20,000 bases of DNA from an uncultured virus (IMG/VR IMGVR_UViG_3300009658_000598) (IMGVR_UViG_3300009658_000598), one strand, 5' to 3'. Numbered from the stretch's first letter, positions 8,850 to 17,347 are shown. Notes: generated from the letters alone by a model not told the origin. Made by a program: numbers and translations.

Positions 8850-10102
8850 GAGATGGGTACCTCCTTCTTTCCGGTTACATACTCAAAAATGAGCGATTTC
8901 TTGTATTCGTCAAGTGTTGCAAGCTGTTCTTTTTTATCGGAGATAACATCATTCGCTTTTGCAAGCACCGTATCAATATGCTCAACAATCGCTTCCTGCT
9001 CGTCCAGCGGTGGAACTGGATACGAAAGATCCGCTAACTTGTTCCACCGCAAATCACAGGAGCGAACTCGAATTCCCGTTGCCAGTGCAAGAAATACATC
9101 ACTGTACGCCATACTGCGAAGATAGTACATAATGTACCGCTTGTTTTGATAGGTATCCAAAACATTAAGGACAGGTGACGCTTTGCCTCTTGAATCAGAA
9201 ATGCCGATAGAGCCTGCAAAGCCATCCATACCATGTACAACCAGATCGCCGATGTCAATACCTTGATAGCCAATTTCCTTATCGGACATCGTAAAGCCAT
9301 CTTCACGGCGATTGCTTCTCAAGGTTACCTCACCATCACGGAAACAGGTAATTACGCCGTCATCCTCACGCACCGGCTTCTGCATATAGCGCAGAATATA
9401 CTTACCACGGATAACCTCCCAATGTGAAGGCATATTGCCAATCCACTGGATTCCGCTGTCCTTCATCTCAGCATCGGGATTCAGCCCTTTGGTAACAGTT
9501 TCGGTGATGACCGACCGCTTGTACTGCTCCAAGGTATCGATCTGTGCCTGAATGTCAGCGGTGAGAGCATCGATCTCGGCGCATTTGGCATCAAGATAGG
9601 CGGCAATGCGTTCCTGTTCCTCAACAGTTGGAAGTACTGTCCATGAATTCAAAAGCCAAGGAGCGAAGATGTTTCTTTGAATCGTACCTACACCTCTTGA
9701 AGCTGTTTCATATTGCTGAACCATACTGCTATCACGAAACAAGAAGTTCATATATAGTGGATTGCATTTATCATTCATGCTGTATACAAAATATGCCGGA
9801 CTAATGATTCCATTATATTTTGATACACCAACAGAACCTCTCCATGCCTGTTGATTATTTAAGACAAAATCGCCAATGTTGACGTTTTGATAATTTGACA
9901 TATCTTGGCTCGGTTTATGAACTTGCATCCCATTGGAATCAGCATATGAGATAACTCCTCGGTCCAAATAAACTGAGAGTAGCTCTCTATCTCCACTATT
10001 CTTCTCACTTCGCAGTGTCAATATGGTTTTTAATTTCTTGATTTCCCAGTTTCTCGGGATAAGTCCGAAACTTGAAATTCCGCTTTCCTTCATCTCTCTC
10101 AT
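8846..10102 (-). CDS. hsdS: Type I restriction-modification specificity subunit S
   Basis: Two target-recognition domains and repeated conserved blocks: MKESGISSFGLIPRNW / MKDSGIQWIGNMPSHW and PTVEEQERIAAYLD / PPLDEQEAIVEHID; ends YKKSLIFEYVTGK. Confidence 0.95.
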   Translation of the reverse strand: MREMKESGISSFGLIPRNWEIKKLKTILTLRSEKNSGDRELLSVYLDRGVISYADSNGMQVHKPSQDMSNYQNVNIGDFVLNNQQAWRGSVGVSKYNGIISPAYFVYSMNDKCNPLYMNFLFRDSSMVQQYETASRGVGTIQRNIFAPWLLNSWTVLPTVEEQERIAAYLDAKCAEIDALTADIQAQIDTLEQYKRSVITETVTKGLNPDAEMKDSGIQWIGNMPSHWEVIRGKYILRYMQKPVREDDGVITCFRDGEVTLRSNRREDGFTMSDKEIGYQGIDIGDLVVHGMDGFAGSIGISDSRGKASPVLNVLDTYQNKRYIMYYLRSMAYSDVFLALATGIRVRSCDLRWNKLADLSYPVPPLDEQEAIVEHIDTVLAKANDVISDKKEQLATLDEYKKSLIFEYVTGKKEVPIS

Positions 10103-10114
10103 ACCGTCACCGCC

Positions 10115-12217
10115 TTACTTAAAGAGCTTTGCCACACGTTCCGACACCGAGTGCTCCAGCTCCATAAACTTCGCCTCAAGCTCCTCGCTGGGTACTGGCT
10201 GCTGATATTTGTAGAAATAACGGGTGAAGGGGATTTCTGCACCAGTCTTAATGACAGGTTTTTTCTTTCCGAGGTCTTCTTCAAAGAAAGCTGCGGCATC
10301 TGGAATATGCGGCAGTACCTCACGAGCCATATAGTCCTCGATGCTCTCCTCCCACTTCACCAGTTCGGTGTCTTTGGTTTCTTTGTCGTAGATAATGTTA
10401 CCCTTGCGGTCACGCTGAATTTCAGCATTTTTATCCATCACAGAAAGTCTGTCCGCAATCTTGTCGAGCAGTTTTTTATCAGCTGTTGCCGGAGCAAGTG
10501 TCTTAGTCAGTACGGGCATAAACTCTGCCGGTGAATTGTAGACCTGCTCTGAAATTGCAGCCTTCAGTGTAGCAATGATTGCGTCATAGACAGGCTTGTT
10601 GTTCTGATATGTTTCCAGCTTTTTCTGCTCCTTGCCGGTCAGTTTCTCGGCATTTTCCAGTTCATCCACCTTAGCCTGGTCATAAAGAGAAGAAAGCGCA
10701 CCCTTGGACAGCATGGCTTCGATACGCTCCTCCGTAATGGCATAGCTGCGCTGGAGAGGCTGCATGACCGTGTATTCACGATAAATGAACTCCTCGTTGT
10801 CGTAAATCTTGCAATATTCGTTTTCTGTAAAGTCTGCATAGAGCCGTGTCACAGCACTGCGGTCTTCGGGAGAAATCTCGTTTTTCTTATCGCCCAGAGC
10901 TTTGCGCAGCTTGTGGAAGAAAGACGAAGCATCAATTAACTGAATCTTGCCCTTACGCTCATCACGCTTATTCTTGGAAAGCACCCAAATGTATGTAGCG
11001 ATGCCGGTGTTATAAAACAGGTCGGTGGGCAGCGCAATGATTGCTTCAATCAAATCACTTTCTAACATCCAGCGGCGAATCTGGCTCTCTCCAGAAGCTG
11101 TGCCACCTGAGAACAGCGGACTGCCGTTTTCAATGATAGCGGCACGACCAAAGTTGTCGTCCATTTTGTCGATGGCAGACTGTAAAAACAGCATCTGCAT
11201 ATCGCCGGAGCCGGGCAGACCTGCGCCCCAGCGACCATCAAAGCCTTTCTGGTATTCGGTGTTGACGGCATCCTCGACACCTTCAGCGGCATCTTTACCG
11301 CCCCACGCAGTGCCAAACGGTGGATTTTCAAGCACAAAGCGCATCTTGGTACCCTTAAAGCGGTCTGCTTTCATGGTGTCCTGATAGCAGATGTTTTCGG
11401 CATTCTGACCCTTGATAAGCATTTCGGCAAGGCACATAGCGTAAGATTCCGGATTGATCTCCTGCCCGAACAGGCGCACATCCGCAGAAGGGTTATAACG
11501 CTTGATGAAATTGTACCCGGTGGAGAGCATACCGCCAGTTCCGCAGGCCTGATCCAATATGGTGATGACCTTGCCATCATCGAAAATATCATCACAACCC
11601 TCGGCAAGCAGAATGTTGACCATCAGCTTGATGATGTCGCGCCCGGTGTAGTGATCACCAGCCTCGGCATTTTCAGAAAACTTACGAATCAGTTCCTCGA
11701 AAATATATCCCATCTTCACATTGTCGATAGTGCGTGGATCAAGGTCAAGCTCAGAGAATGCCTTAATTACGGAAAGCAAACGGTTGTTCTTGTCCATCTT
11801 GTCGATTTCTTCACCGAAGTTCAGACCACGCTCCTTGGACATCAGAATTTCCAGCACATTAGCAGAGAATCCCTGCAGATAACTCTTGAAATTGGCGGCA
11901 ATATGGTCTGCGTCATTTACAAGCTCCGCAAGGTCAAATTCACTGGTGTTGTAGAACTGGAAGCCGGAAATGCGGTACATTGCCTTTGCCGGGAAATTCG
12001 GATTTGCTTTGAACTGCTCTACAACCTTCTGCTTTGTAGGTGCAAGCGCACACTCAAATCTGCGGATAATCGTCATCGGAATGATAACATCCTTATATTT
12101 ATCGCTTCTATACGGTCCACGCAGTTTGTTTGCGATAGACCATATAAAGTTTACTTCTGTAGAAACATCAATAGGGGAATCATCCCACATTGCATCTATC
12201 ATCTGTTTATCAGCCAT
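10115..12217 (-). CDS. hsdM: Type I restriction-modification N6-adenine methyltransferase subunit M
   Basis: FIWSIANKLRG, AGDHYT, motif I DQACGTGGML, GQEIN, motif IV NPPF, LFYNTGIATY, GAEIPFTRYFY. Confidence 0.96.
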   Translation of the reverse strand: MADKQMIDAMWDDSPIDVSTEVNFIWSIANKLRGPYRSDKYKDVIIPMTIIRRFECALAPTKQKVVEQFKANPNFPAKAMYRISGFQFYNTSEFDLAELVNDADHIAANFKSYLQGFSANVLEILMSKERGLNFGEEIDKMDKNNRLLSVIKAFSELDLDPRTIDNVKMGYIFEELIRKFSENAEAGDHYTGRDIIKLMVNILLAEGCDDIFDDGKVITILDQACGTGGMLSTGYNFIKRYNPSADVRLFGQEINPESYAMCLAEMLIKGQNAENICYQDTMKADRFKGTKMRFVLENPPFGTAWGGKDAAEGVEDAVNTEYQKGFDGRWGAGLPGSGDMQMLFLQSAIDKMDDNFGRAAIIENGSPLFSGGTASGESQIRRWMLESDLIEAIIALPTDLFYNTGIATYIWVLSKNKRDERKGKIQLIDASSFFHKLRKALGDKKNEISPEDRSAVTRLYADFTENEYCKIYDNEEFIYREYTVMQPLQRSYAITEERIEAMLSKGALSSLYDQAKVDELENAEKLTGKEQKKLETYQNNKPVYDAIIATLKAAISEQVYNSPAEFMPVLTKTLAPATADKKLLDKIADRLSVMDKNAEIQRDRKGNIIYDKETKDTELVKWEESIEDYMAREVLPHIPDAAAFFEEDLGKKKPVIKTGAEIPFTRYFYKYQQPVPSEELEAKFMELEHSVSERVAKLFK

Positions 12218-12261
12218 TGCTGTTTACCTCTCTTTTCGATTTTGTAATATCGGTTATTTTC

Positions 12262-12290
12262 ATTATACCGTTTTATCTGTCCCATAATTA
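12262..12290 (-). promoter_or_regulatory. Possible internal promoter upstream of hsdM
   Basis: Perfect TATAAT on the - strand at 12262-12267 in the 70-bp intergenic gap; the -35 match is poor. Confidence 0.35.
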
Positions 12291-14582
12291 GGCCTTGGTG
12301 CGTTGTCCGGTCATCATTTTATAATGTTGACTCTGCCCAAGTGCATCGAAAATCATTTCGAATACACGCTTATAAGCCTCAACATCCTCGCAGTCCTCTA
12401 CATAGTTCAGTCCATCGCTGATGCCGTTCGGATTATTGATGTAGGCAAGCAGAGAAGAGGCAAGGTGATAGTCGGTCATATCCGGTTTTCCACCTTCAAC
12501 TTGTTTAATGAATTTTTTCCGATTTTCTTCGTCCTCCAGTACGATAGAACGCAGGTCGCTGCCCTCATAACCGCAAAGCTGAAGGAAATAATATTCGAGA
12601 ATTCGACGCATTACATTCAGTGCCGGAATTGTAGAACGAAGATCACGGAGTTCATCCCACAAAGCGGCATAGGAATTCTGCACAGGATTGTAGTTTTCTT
12701 CTTCGCTCGGAATGTTCTTGTTCTGGCGCTTGCAGATTTTCACAGTGGACACATTATCATTCTTACGAATCATATAGAACGAGGTGCAGTTATAGTAGCC
12801 AACCTGCTGATATGTAACCTCCCGATGGAAATAAACATTATGCGTCAGAATGAAGAGCTGTTTGATATAATCTCCCGTCACCTTCGGGTTTAGGTATTCT
12901 GTGTTATTTCGGCAAACATTGACCATTTCACGGGCGATAGCACTAACGATAAAAAGTGCCGTGCTGTCCATGCTGGAAACAGGGTCATCAATAACAACAA
13001 TCTTTTCTTTCAGTTCTTCGCTGTTCATACTGCCGCGAACCCTGTGGTAAAAATACAGGAATGCTATAAAATTGCGTTCGCCTTCGCTAAGGTTTTCTGC
13101 TACATCGCCATTTTCACGGACAATCTCATAGACATTTTCTACACCTGCTTTAGCACGTATGCTGAATCCCTGGAAACCGGAATCTCGCAGGATCTTGTTA
13201 ATGCTGTCGATGGCGGCTTCGGTATTGGCGTTGTGTTTATTGAGATCAGAGATTTCTGTTGTAATCTTTCCGATTTCTTTTTTGAGTGCAAAATCACGTT
13301 TGGTAATCTCTTCGATTTCCTTGTTCAAACGTGCGACTTCGTCAGTGTAACTTTTTACCTCAGAAGCAAGCATAAAAGCGAGATGCTGCATAATCTCTGT
13401 TTTGCATTTTGTTTTGCTGCTTTTCTTGGCAGCAACAACATCGTTGTTTGCTTTGATCAGCTTGTTGATATCGTCAATCAGAGCACCAAGATCAAGGAGC
13501 AGTGTGTCCGTGTCTTCCAAAGAAACTGTTTTTGATGGTTCTTTCACTTTTTCGGCGATACGCTGACGGTTTACTTCGAACTTGCTTTCTAACAGAGTGA
13601 GCTTCTCCTGGTACGCCTGCAAATCTATAGAAGTCATTACATCTGTGGTATTTTCCCGTAATGTATGCAGGATATTGGCAGTTTCTCTTTCATAGGTTGT
13701 CTGAAACTGCCCCAAATCACAGATGTCCTGCTGATACTGTGCATCGAACGTAGCCGCTATATCATTTTCAAAATCTTCTGGGAGCTTCTGCTGGCAGTAT
13801 GGGCATTTCCCACCGGCAACACCTGAAAAGTGTGTATGGCCATCACGAACCCAGTCGGAAGCTTTGCTGCCGAGAGCTTTCAGGAAATTTGCAAATGGTG
13901 TGTCGCTGCTGCTGACGATAATCTTGTCCAGTAATTCCTTGCCGGCAAGACTGCCATAGGTAGTAGCACCGGCTTTCTTGAATTCCGAATAGGCTCTTGC
14001 CGTATCATCAAAAGCGACATCATACAGTCGTTCTAATTCGGACAAATCAAACTCTTTCGGAGATTTCTCACCAAGAACAGCGTCTGCAAAACCTTTCTTC
14101 TGCTTTTTGCCATCCATACACTTTTCAAAACGCTTACGGATTTCTGCCGTCATAGAAAAGCAGTTGTCCTGGAACTGCGTCAGAGCTGCATTAACACCGG
14201 CGGTTTTCTGCTTGTAATCTTCACCGGCGGCATTCTTTGCATCTTCCTTTTTCTTCTTTTCGTCTGCCAATTCGTCAATTCTCTTCTTGGCTTCTACGTC
14301 TTCTTCACCAAATATGAACACTCCTTTTAAGTCACCATAATTTACAAAGTTATCATTGATGTAATCCTGGTTATAAACAAGGACATCATAGTCCGCAGCC
14401 GACTTTCCGTCCGCCCAGACAATACCGTCATTTTCATCAATTGCGTGGGCAATGGATGATTTTCCCGCACCATTGTTTCCGTAAAAGAAGTTAACAAATG
14501 TAAGACCATCAACCTGAACATCCGTAAATGTTGCTCTATTGAGATTAATTTGCGTTATTGCGGAAGGAACTTTGCGTTTCAT
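12288..14582 (-). CDS. RloC-like (AAA_13) Rad50/SMC-type ABC ATPase with zinc hook and C-terminal HEPN-like domain
   Basis: Walker A GNNGAGKS, Q-loop VYNQD, coiled coils around the CPYC zinc hook, signature LSEGE, Walker B/D-loop VIDDPVSSMD, H-loop LTHN, C-terminal NVMRRILEYYF. Adjacent to hsdM, as RloC genes often are. Confidence 0.85.
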   Translation of the reverse strand: MKRKVPSAITQINLNRATFTDVQVDGLTFVNFFYGNNGAGKSSIAHAIDENDGIVWADGKSAADYDVLVYNQDYINDNFVNYGDLKGVFIFGEEDVEAKKRIDELADEKKKKEDAKNAAGEDYKQKTAGVNAALTQFQDNCFSMTAEIRKRFEKCMDGKKQKKGFADAVLGEKSPKEFDLSELERLYDVAFDDTARAYSEFKKAGATTYGSLAGKELLDKIIVSSSDTPFANFLKALGSKASDWVRDGHTHFSGVAGGKCPYCQQKLPEDFENDIAATFDAQYQQDICDLGQFQTTYERETANILHTLRENTTDVMTSIDLQAYQEKLTLLESKFEVNRQRIAEKVKEPSKTVSLEDTDTLLLDLGALIDDINKLIKANNDVVAAKKSSKTKCKTEIMQHLAFMLASEVKSYTDEVARLNKEIEEITKRDFALKKEIGKITTEISDLNKHNANTEAAIDSINKILRDSGFQGFSIRAKAGVENVYEIVRENGDVAENLSEGERNFIAFLYFYHRVRGSMNSEELKEKIVVIDDPVSSMDSTALFIVSAIAREMVNVCRNNTEYLNPKVTGDYIKQLFILTHNVYFHREVTYQQVGYYNCTSFYMIRKNDNVSTVKICKRQNKNIPSEEENYNPVQNSYAALWDELRDLRSTIPALNVMRRILEYYFLQLCGYEGSDLRSIVLEDEENRKKFIKQVEGGKPDMTDYHLASSLLAYINNPNGISDGLNYVEDCEDVEAYKRVFEMIFDALGQSQHYKMMTGQRTKA

Positions 14583-14604
14583 TTATTTCACCATCCCATC
14601 TTTC

Positions 14605-14805
14605 TTATTCACTGATTTTTCCGTTGCGAACCCATTCATCTACTTCGGAAATTTTAAATTTATATCGTTTTCCGGCCCGATAAACAGGGAGTTTACCTTC
14701 TTTAATCCAAGTACGAACAGTATCTTGGCTGATGCTTAAATGTTCTGCTACATCATCCAGATTAACCCATTTTTCTGCTTGCATTTCTTCATATTCACGA
14801 CTCAT
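14605..14805 (-). CDS. Excisionase/MerR-like (HTH_17-type) small DNA-binding protein
   Basis: WVNLDDVAEHLSISQDTVRTWIKEGKLPVYRAGKRYKFKISEVDEW is a typical Xis-family winged HTH pattern; GAGGT RBS upstream. Confidence 0.88.
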   Translation of the reverse strand: MSREYEEMQAEKWVNLDDVAEHLSISQDTVRTWIKEGKLPVYRAGKRYKFKISEVDEWVRNGKISE

Positions 14806-14835
14806 CGTGTTACCTCATCTTTCTAAGAGTTACGA

Positions 14836-15462
14836 TTAAAAAATCTGAATTCCAGCTTTCTGTAATGCTTCTTTAAGATTTATTTGTTTAAGTGCCCAAT
14901 GTGTACGGTTAAGCTCATTAAATGATTTTGCACCACAAATGCCGAACTCAAATCCTTGTTCGTTCAGCATTTGCTGAGAAATCGCTGTAAAAATCCTGTA
15001 ATAAATTTTAATCCCGTTATCTTGAATCTTTATATCTGTTATAAACCCTAAATAAGCATTTTGCTCGTCATCAGTTTTACCATATGAGTGATTTTCACCT
15101 GCAAAGATTGCCGGATACCTTTTTAGCTCCTCAATAGCCTCTGAACTAAGAGTTGCATATTTACGCTTCAATTCATCATTAGTACTCTCTGTCAATGCTC
15201 TGTCTTTCGGAACCAAAAAATATGTATCTACGAACTCTTCATCTGCAATAACAAATAGGTGATAAAAATCCGTATTGAGAGTTACTCTGGTGCTATTCTC
15301 ACCTCGTCTTGATCTTGGATCACTTAACATGATTGAGATGTTATTTTCAACTTTCTCAGCGTGTGCGACAAAGTTATTGTTATCCCCGGATATCGTAATT
15401 TCTGCTGTTTTTGCATCCACCGGAACATTCCCTCTATTATTTATCAGAGAATTATCACTCAT
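14836..15462 (-). CDS. Uncharacterised 208-aa protein with Asn-rich N-terminal motif and a globular domain ending in ELNRTHWALK
   Basis: ORF coupled to the upstream gene by an 8-nt overlap, with a GGAGG RBS. N-terminal ITISGDNNNFVAHAEKVENN, then YHLFV...RALTE...YPAIFAGE...ELNRTHWALK. Confidence 0.85.
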   Translation of the reverse strand: MSDNSLINNRGNVPVDAKTAEITISGDNNNFVAHAEKVENNISIMLSDPRSRRGENSTRVTLNTDFYHLFVIADEEFVDTYFLVPKDRALTESTNDELKRKYATLSSEAIEELKRYPAIFAGENHSYGKTDDEQNAYLGFITDIKIQDNGIKIYYRIFTAISQQMLNEQGFEFGICGAKSFNELNRTHWALKQINLKEALQKAGIQIF

Positions 15463-16351
15463 CCTGCTTGCCTCCGTTTCCTATTATCAATTTCTCTACA
15501 TAATTGAATACATTATTGTTGCTTCCTGAAATATTGAAATTATAGAAAACAGGATTATTATTTACTATCTGCTGTGATGATACAAATTGAGTATCTTTAA
15601 TATCAGCACCACAGAAATATTCGTCCTCTATACATTCTTCTGTGGTTTCGTCATCCATCGCTTTCCTCACCTCAACTTGGTAGACCTGCAAGCCATCGAG
15701 CATTCCTTCGCCCATATGCGCCGTGTATTTTCTTTGCCCACCACCAGTTGATGGACACCATATATCGTAAGTTTTTTTACCCACAGAATTATCTTTTCGG
15801 TTAACAACTACATAGTGCCAAACGCCAAGAAGAAATGATGGAAGGCATACTGTCTTTAGACCGCCAAGTGCGGTCTTTTTCTTAGTTTGACCGTTCGGCT
15901 CGATATAAAACTCATCATTTTCCTTGATGCTCCGGTCCTGCTGAATTAAATCTATCAAGGCACGCACCAAACCGACATCCTTGTGAACTGGCTCACCTAA
16001 ATCAAGAAATCCATTCACAAATTCAATCATCTGATTTAGAGCAGTTTGATAATCTGTTCTGACAGTTTTATCAAATGCATTTATAACTTGATCATCGTCA
16101 AACGGAAGATAGGTACTTGTCGATGTTTCGCATCTCTTGTAGTTGTTAACGATGGTTTTAAGTTTCTCCTTGCCTGGGTCTGTATACGCAGGATTGATTA
16201 CTCTTAACAATCCTACCAAAACTTCTGGATCGGAAAGGCCATCACTGTCTCCGTTATAATGCTCTCGTGCGTTCATTCGTTGCCGGAGAGCTTGCAATAT
16301 CAGTGTGAAAAAAGTGCCTCCACACAGACGGGGATATTCATTAAAATCCAT
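15455..16351 (-). CDS. Uncharacterised 298-aa protein, first gene of the defence operon (possible regulator), with Asn-rich C-terminal motif
   Basis: GGAGGG RBS and a strong promoter upstream. N-terminal PRLCGGTFF and a helical region, an acidic linker, and a C-terminal FNISGSNNNVFNYVEKLII. Confidence 0.85.
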   Translation of the reverse strand: MDFNEYPRLCGGTFFTLILQALRQRMNAREHYNGDSDGLSDPEVLVGLLRVINPAYTDPGKEKLKTIVNNYKRCETSTSTYLPFDDDQVINAFDKTVRTDYQTALNQMIEFVNGFLDLGEPVHKDVGLVRALIDLIQQDRSIKENDEFYIEPNGQTKKKTALGGLKTVCLPSFLLGVWHYVVVNRKDNSVGKKTYDIWCPSTGGGQRKYTAHMGEGMLDGLQVYQVEVRKAMDDETTEECIEDEYFCGADIKDTQFVSSQQIVNNNPVFYNFNISGSNNNVFNYVEKLIIGNGGKQDE

Positions 16352-16438
16352 TATTCTTCCCTCCGATTTACTCTGATTTTCGTTTTAAGTTATTTGAGAA
16401 GTTACACACTCAATTCCCATCAAACCCCACTAAAACAC

Positions 16439-16467
16439 ATTATAACATAAAAGTCGCAAAATTTCAA
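16439..16467 (-). promoter_or_regulatory. Sigma-70/sigma-A promoter of the defence operon
   Basis: The - strand reads TTGAAA (16467-16462), a 17-nt spacer ending in TGT (extended -10 TGn), then TATAAT (16444-16439). Confidence 0.85.
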
Positions 16468-16517
16468 TATGGCAGCTAATGAATGTCATTTTATGAAAAT
16501 GTAAATTTTCTCGGTCT

Positions 16518-16562
16518 CTGACTTTATAAACCTTATAAACTATAGCGGCTGACCTTATAGAC
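16518..16562 (+). repeat. Three direct repeats, probable operator sites
   Basis: CTTTATAAAC (16522-16531), CCTTATAAAC (16531-16540), CCTTATAGAC (16553-16562); copies 1 and 3 are both preceded by CTGA. Confidence 0.7.
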
Positions 16563-16570
16563 GATTGGAT

Positions 16571-16605
16571 AGCTCTTGTGAGAAATCACAGGAGCTTTTT
16601 TCTTT
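16571..16605 (+). terminator. Intrinsic terminator-like hairpin in the leader of the sigma-like gene
   Basis: AGCTCTTGTGA-GAAA-TCACAGGAGCT (11-bp stem with one G-U, GNRA loop) followed by TTTTTCTTT. Confidence 0.75.
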
Positions 16606-16643
16606 CCTGCGGTTTCCACAGAAATCTTGAAAATCGCAGGAGG
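16605..16643 (+). promoter_or_regulatory. Hairpin overlapping the Shine-Dalgarno sequence of the 231-aa gene
   Basis: TCCTGCGGTTTCCA (16605-16618) pairs with TGAAAATCGCAGGA (16628-16641); the SD AGGAGG is at 16638-16643. Confidence 0.55.
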
Positions 16644-16651
16644 AAAAATTA

Positions 16652-17347
16652 ATGAAAAGCGAAAAGAAAAACAAGACAAGCATTACTACCAACAAGGCAG
16701 CAAAAAGAGTCATCACACGCAACTACAACGGCGAACCACTGAAACCTGGCGAAGTCCTGGTACCTACCATGTATGATGCAGCTTTTGCCAAGGCAAACTG
16801 CACCAACCCTGACTGCATCAAAACGCTCAAAAAGGGTGGAAAGTACTTCAAGGTCATGTATATGGCAGTACCAAAGGAACTTGCTCCTCTGAAACTCAGC
16901 TCCTTTAATCTGGAAATGAACGAACAGCTCGGACATTACGCAGTACCAAATTCTATATCCATTGACCAAATGGCTGACGATTATGACCTCGACCTTGCTA
17001 CCGTTCTGTCCCCAGAAGATTTGATGATGGAGCGTGAAAGTAAGGCAGAAACTGCCGCAATGTTTGCAGACCTTGTTCATCACCTCATCGACCGTTCACC
17101 GAAGCACGGTCTTGCTGCACTGCTTCTGCTCAACGATGTCAAAGGTGCAGAATTCCACGAAAAAATGCACCTTGGTCATGATGCGGCAAACACCGTCCGG
17201 AAACAGTCTGCTGACCTCTTGAAAGCCGGTCTTGCAAATATCAATCTGGACGAGCTTCATGTAAAGCGTTCCAAGCATTCCGATTATTATCGTGAAGAAG
17301 CATACCGCCTGTTGGACGCACTTTTGAAACTGTACAACGCAGAATAA
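16652..17347 (+). CDS. Putative sigma-70 region-4-like / HTH transcription regulator of a mobile element
   Basis: AGGAGG RBS. SISIDQMADDYDLD...SPEDLMMERE linker followed by a helical segment and an HTH-like GAEFHEKMHLGHDAANTVRKQ, an architecture seen in sigma-like genes of Firmicute ICEs. The CDS is solid; the product call is tentative. Confidence 0.6.
   Translation: MKSEKKNKTSITTNKAAKRVITRNYNGEPLKPGEVLVPTMYDAAFAKANCTNPDCIKTLKKGGKYFKVMYMAVPKELAPLKLSSFNLEMNEQLGHYAVPNSISIDQMADDYDLDLATVLSPEDLMMERESKAETAAMFADLVHHLIDRSPKHGLAALLLLNDVKGAEFHEKMHLGHDAANTVRKQSADLLKAGLANINLDELHVKRSKHSDYYREEAYRLLDALLKLYNAE

Noticed and set aside
8846..10102. Phase-variable hsdS shufflon
   Set aside because: Only one hsdS, no silent TRD copies, no adjacent invertase, and no long inverted repeats or simple-sequence tract were seen.
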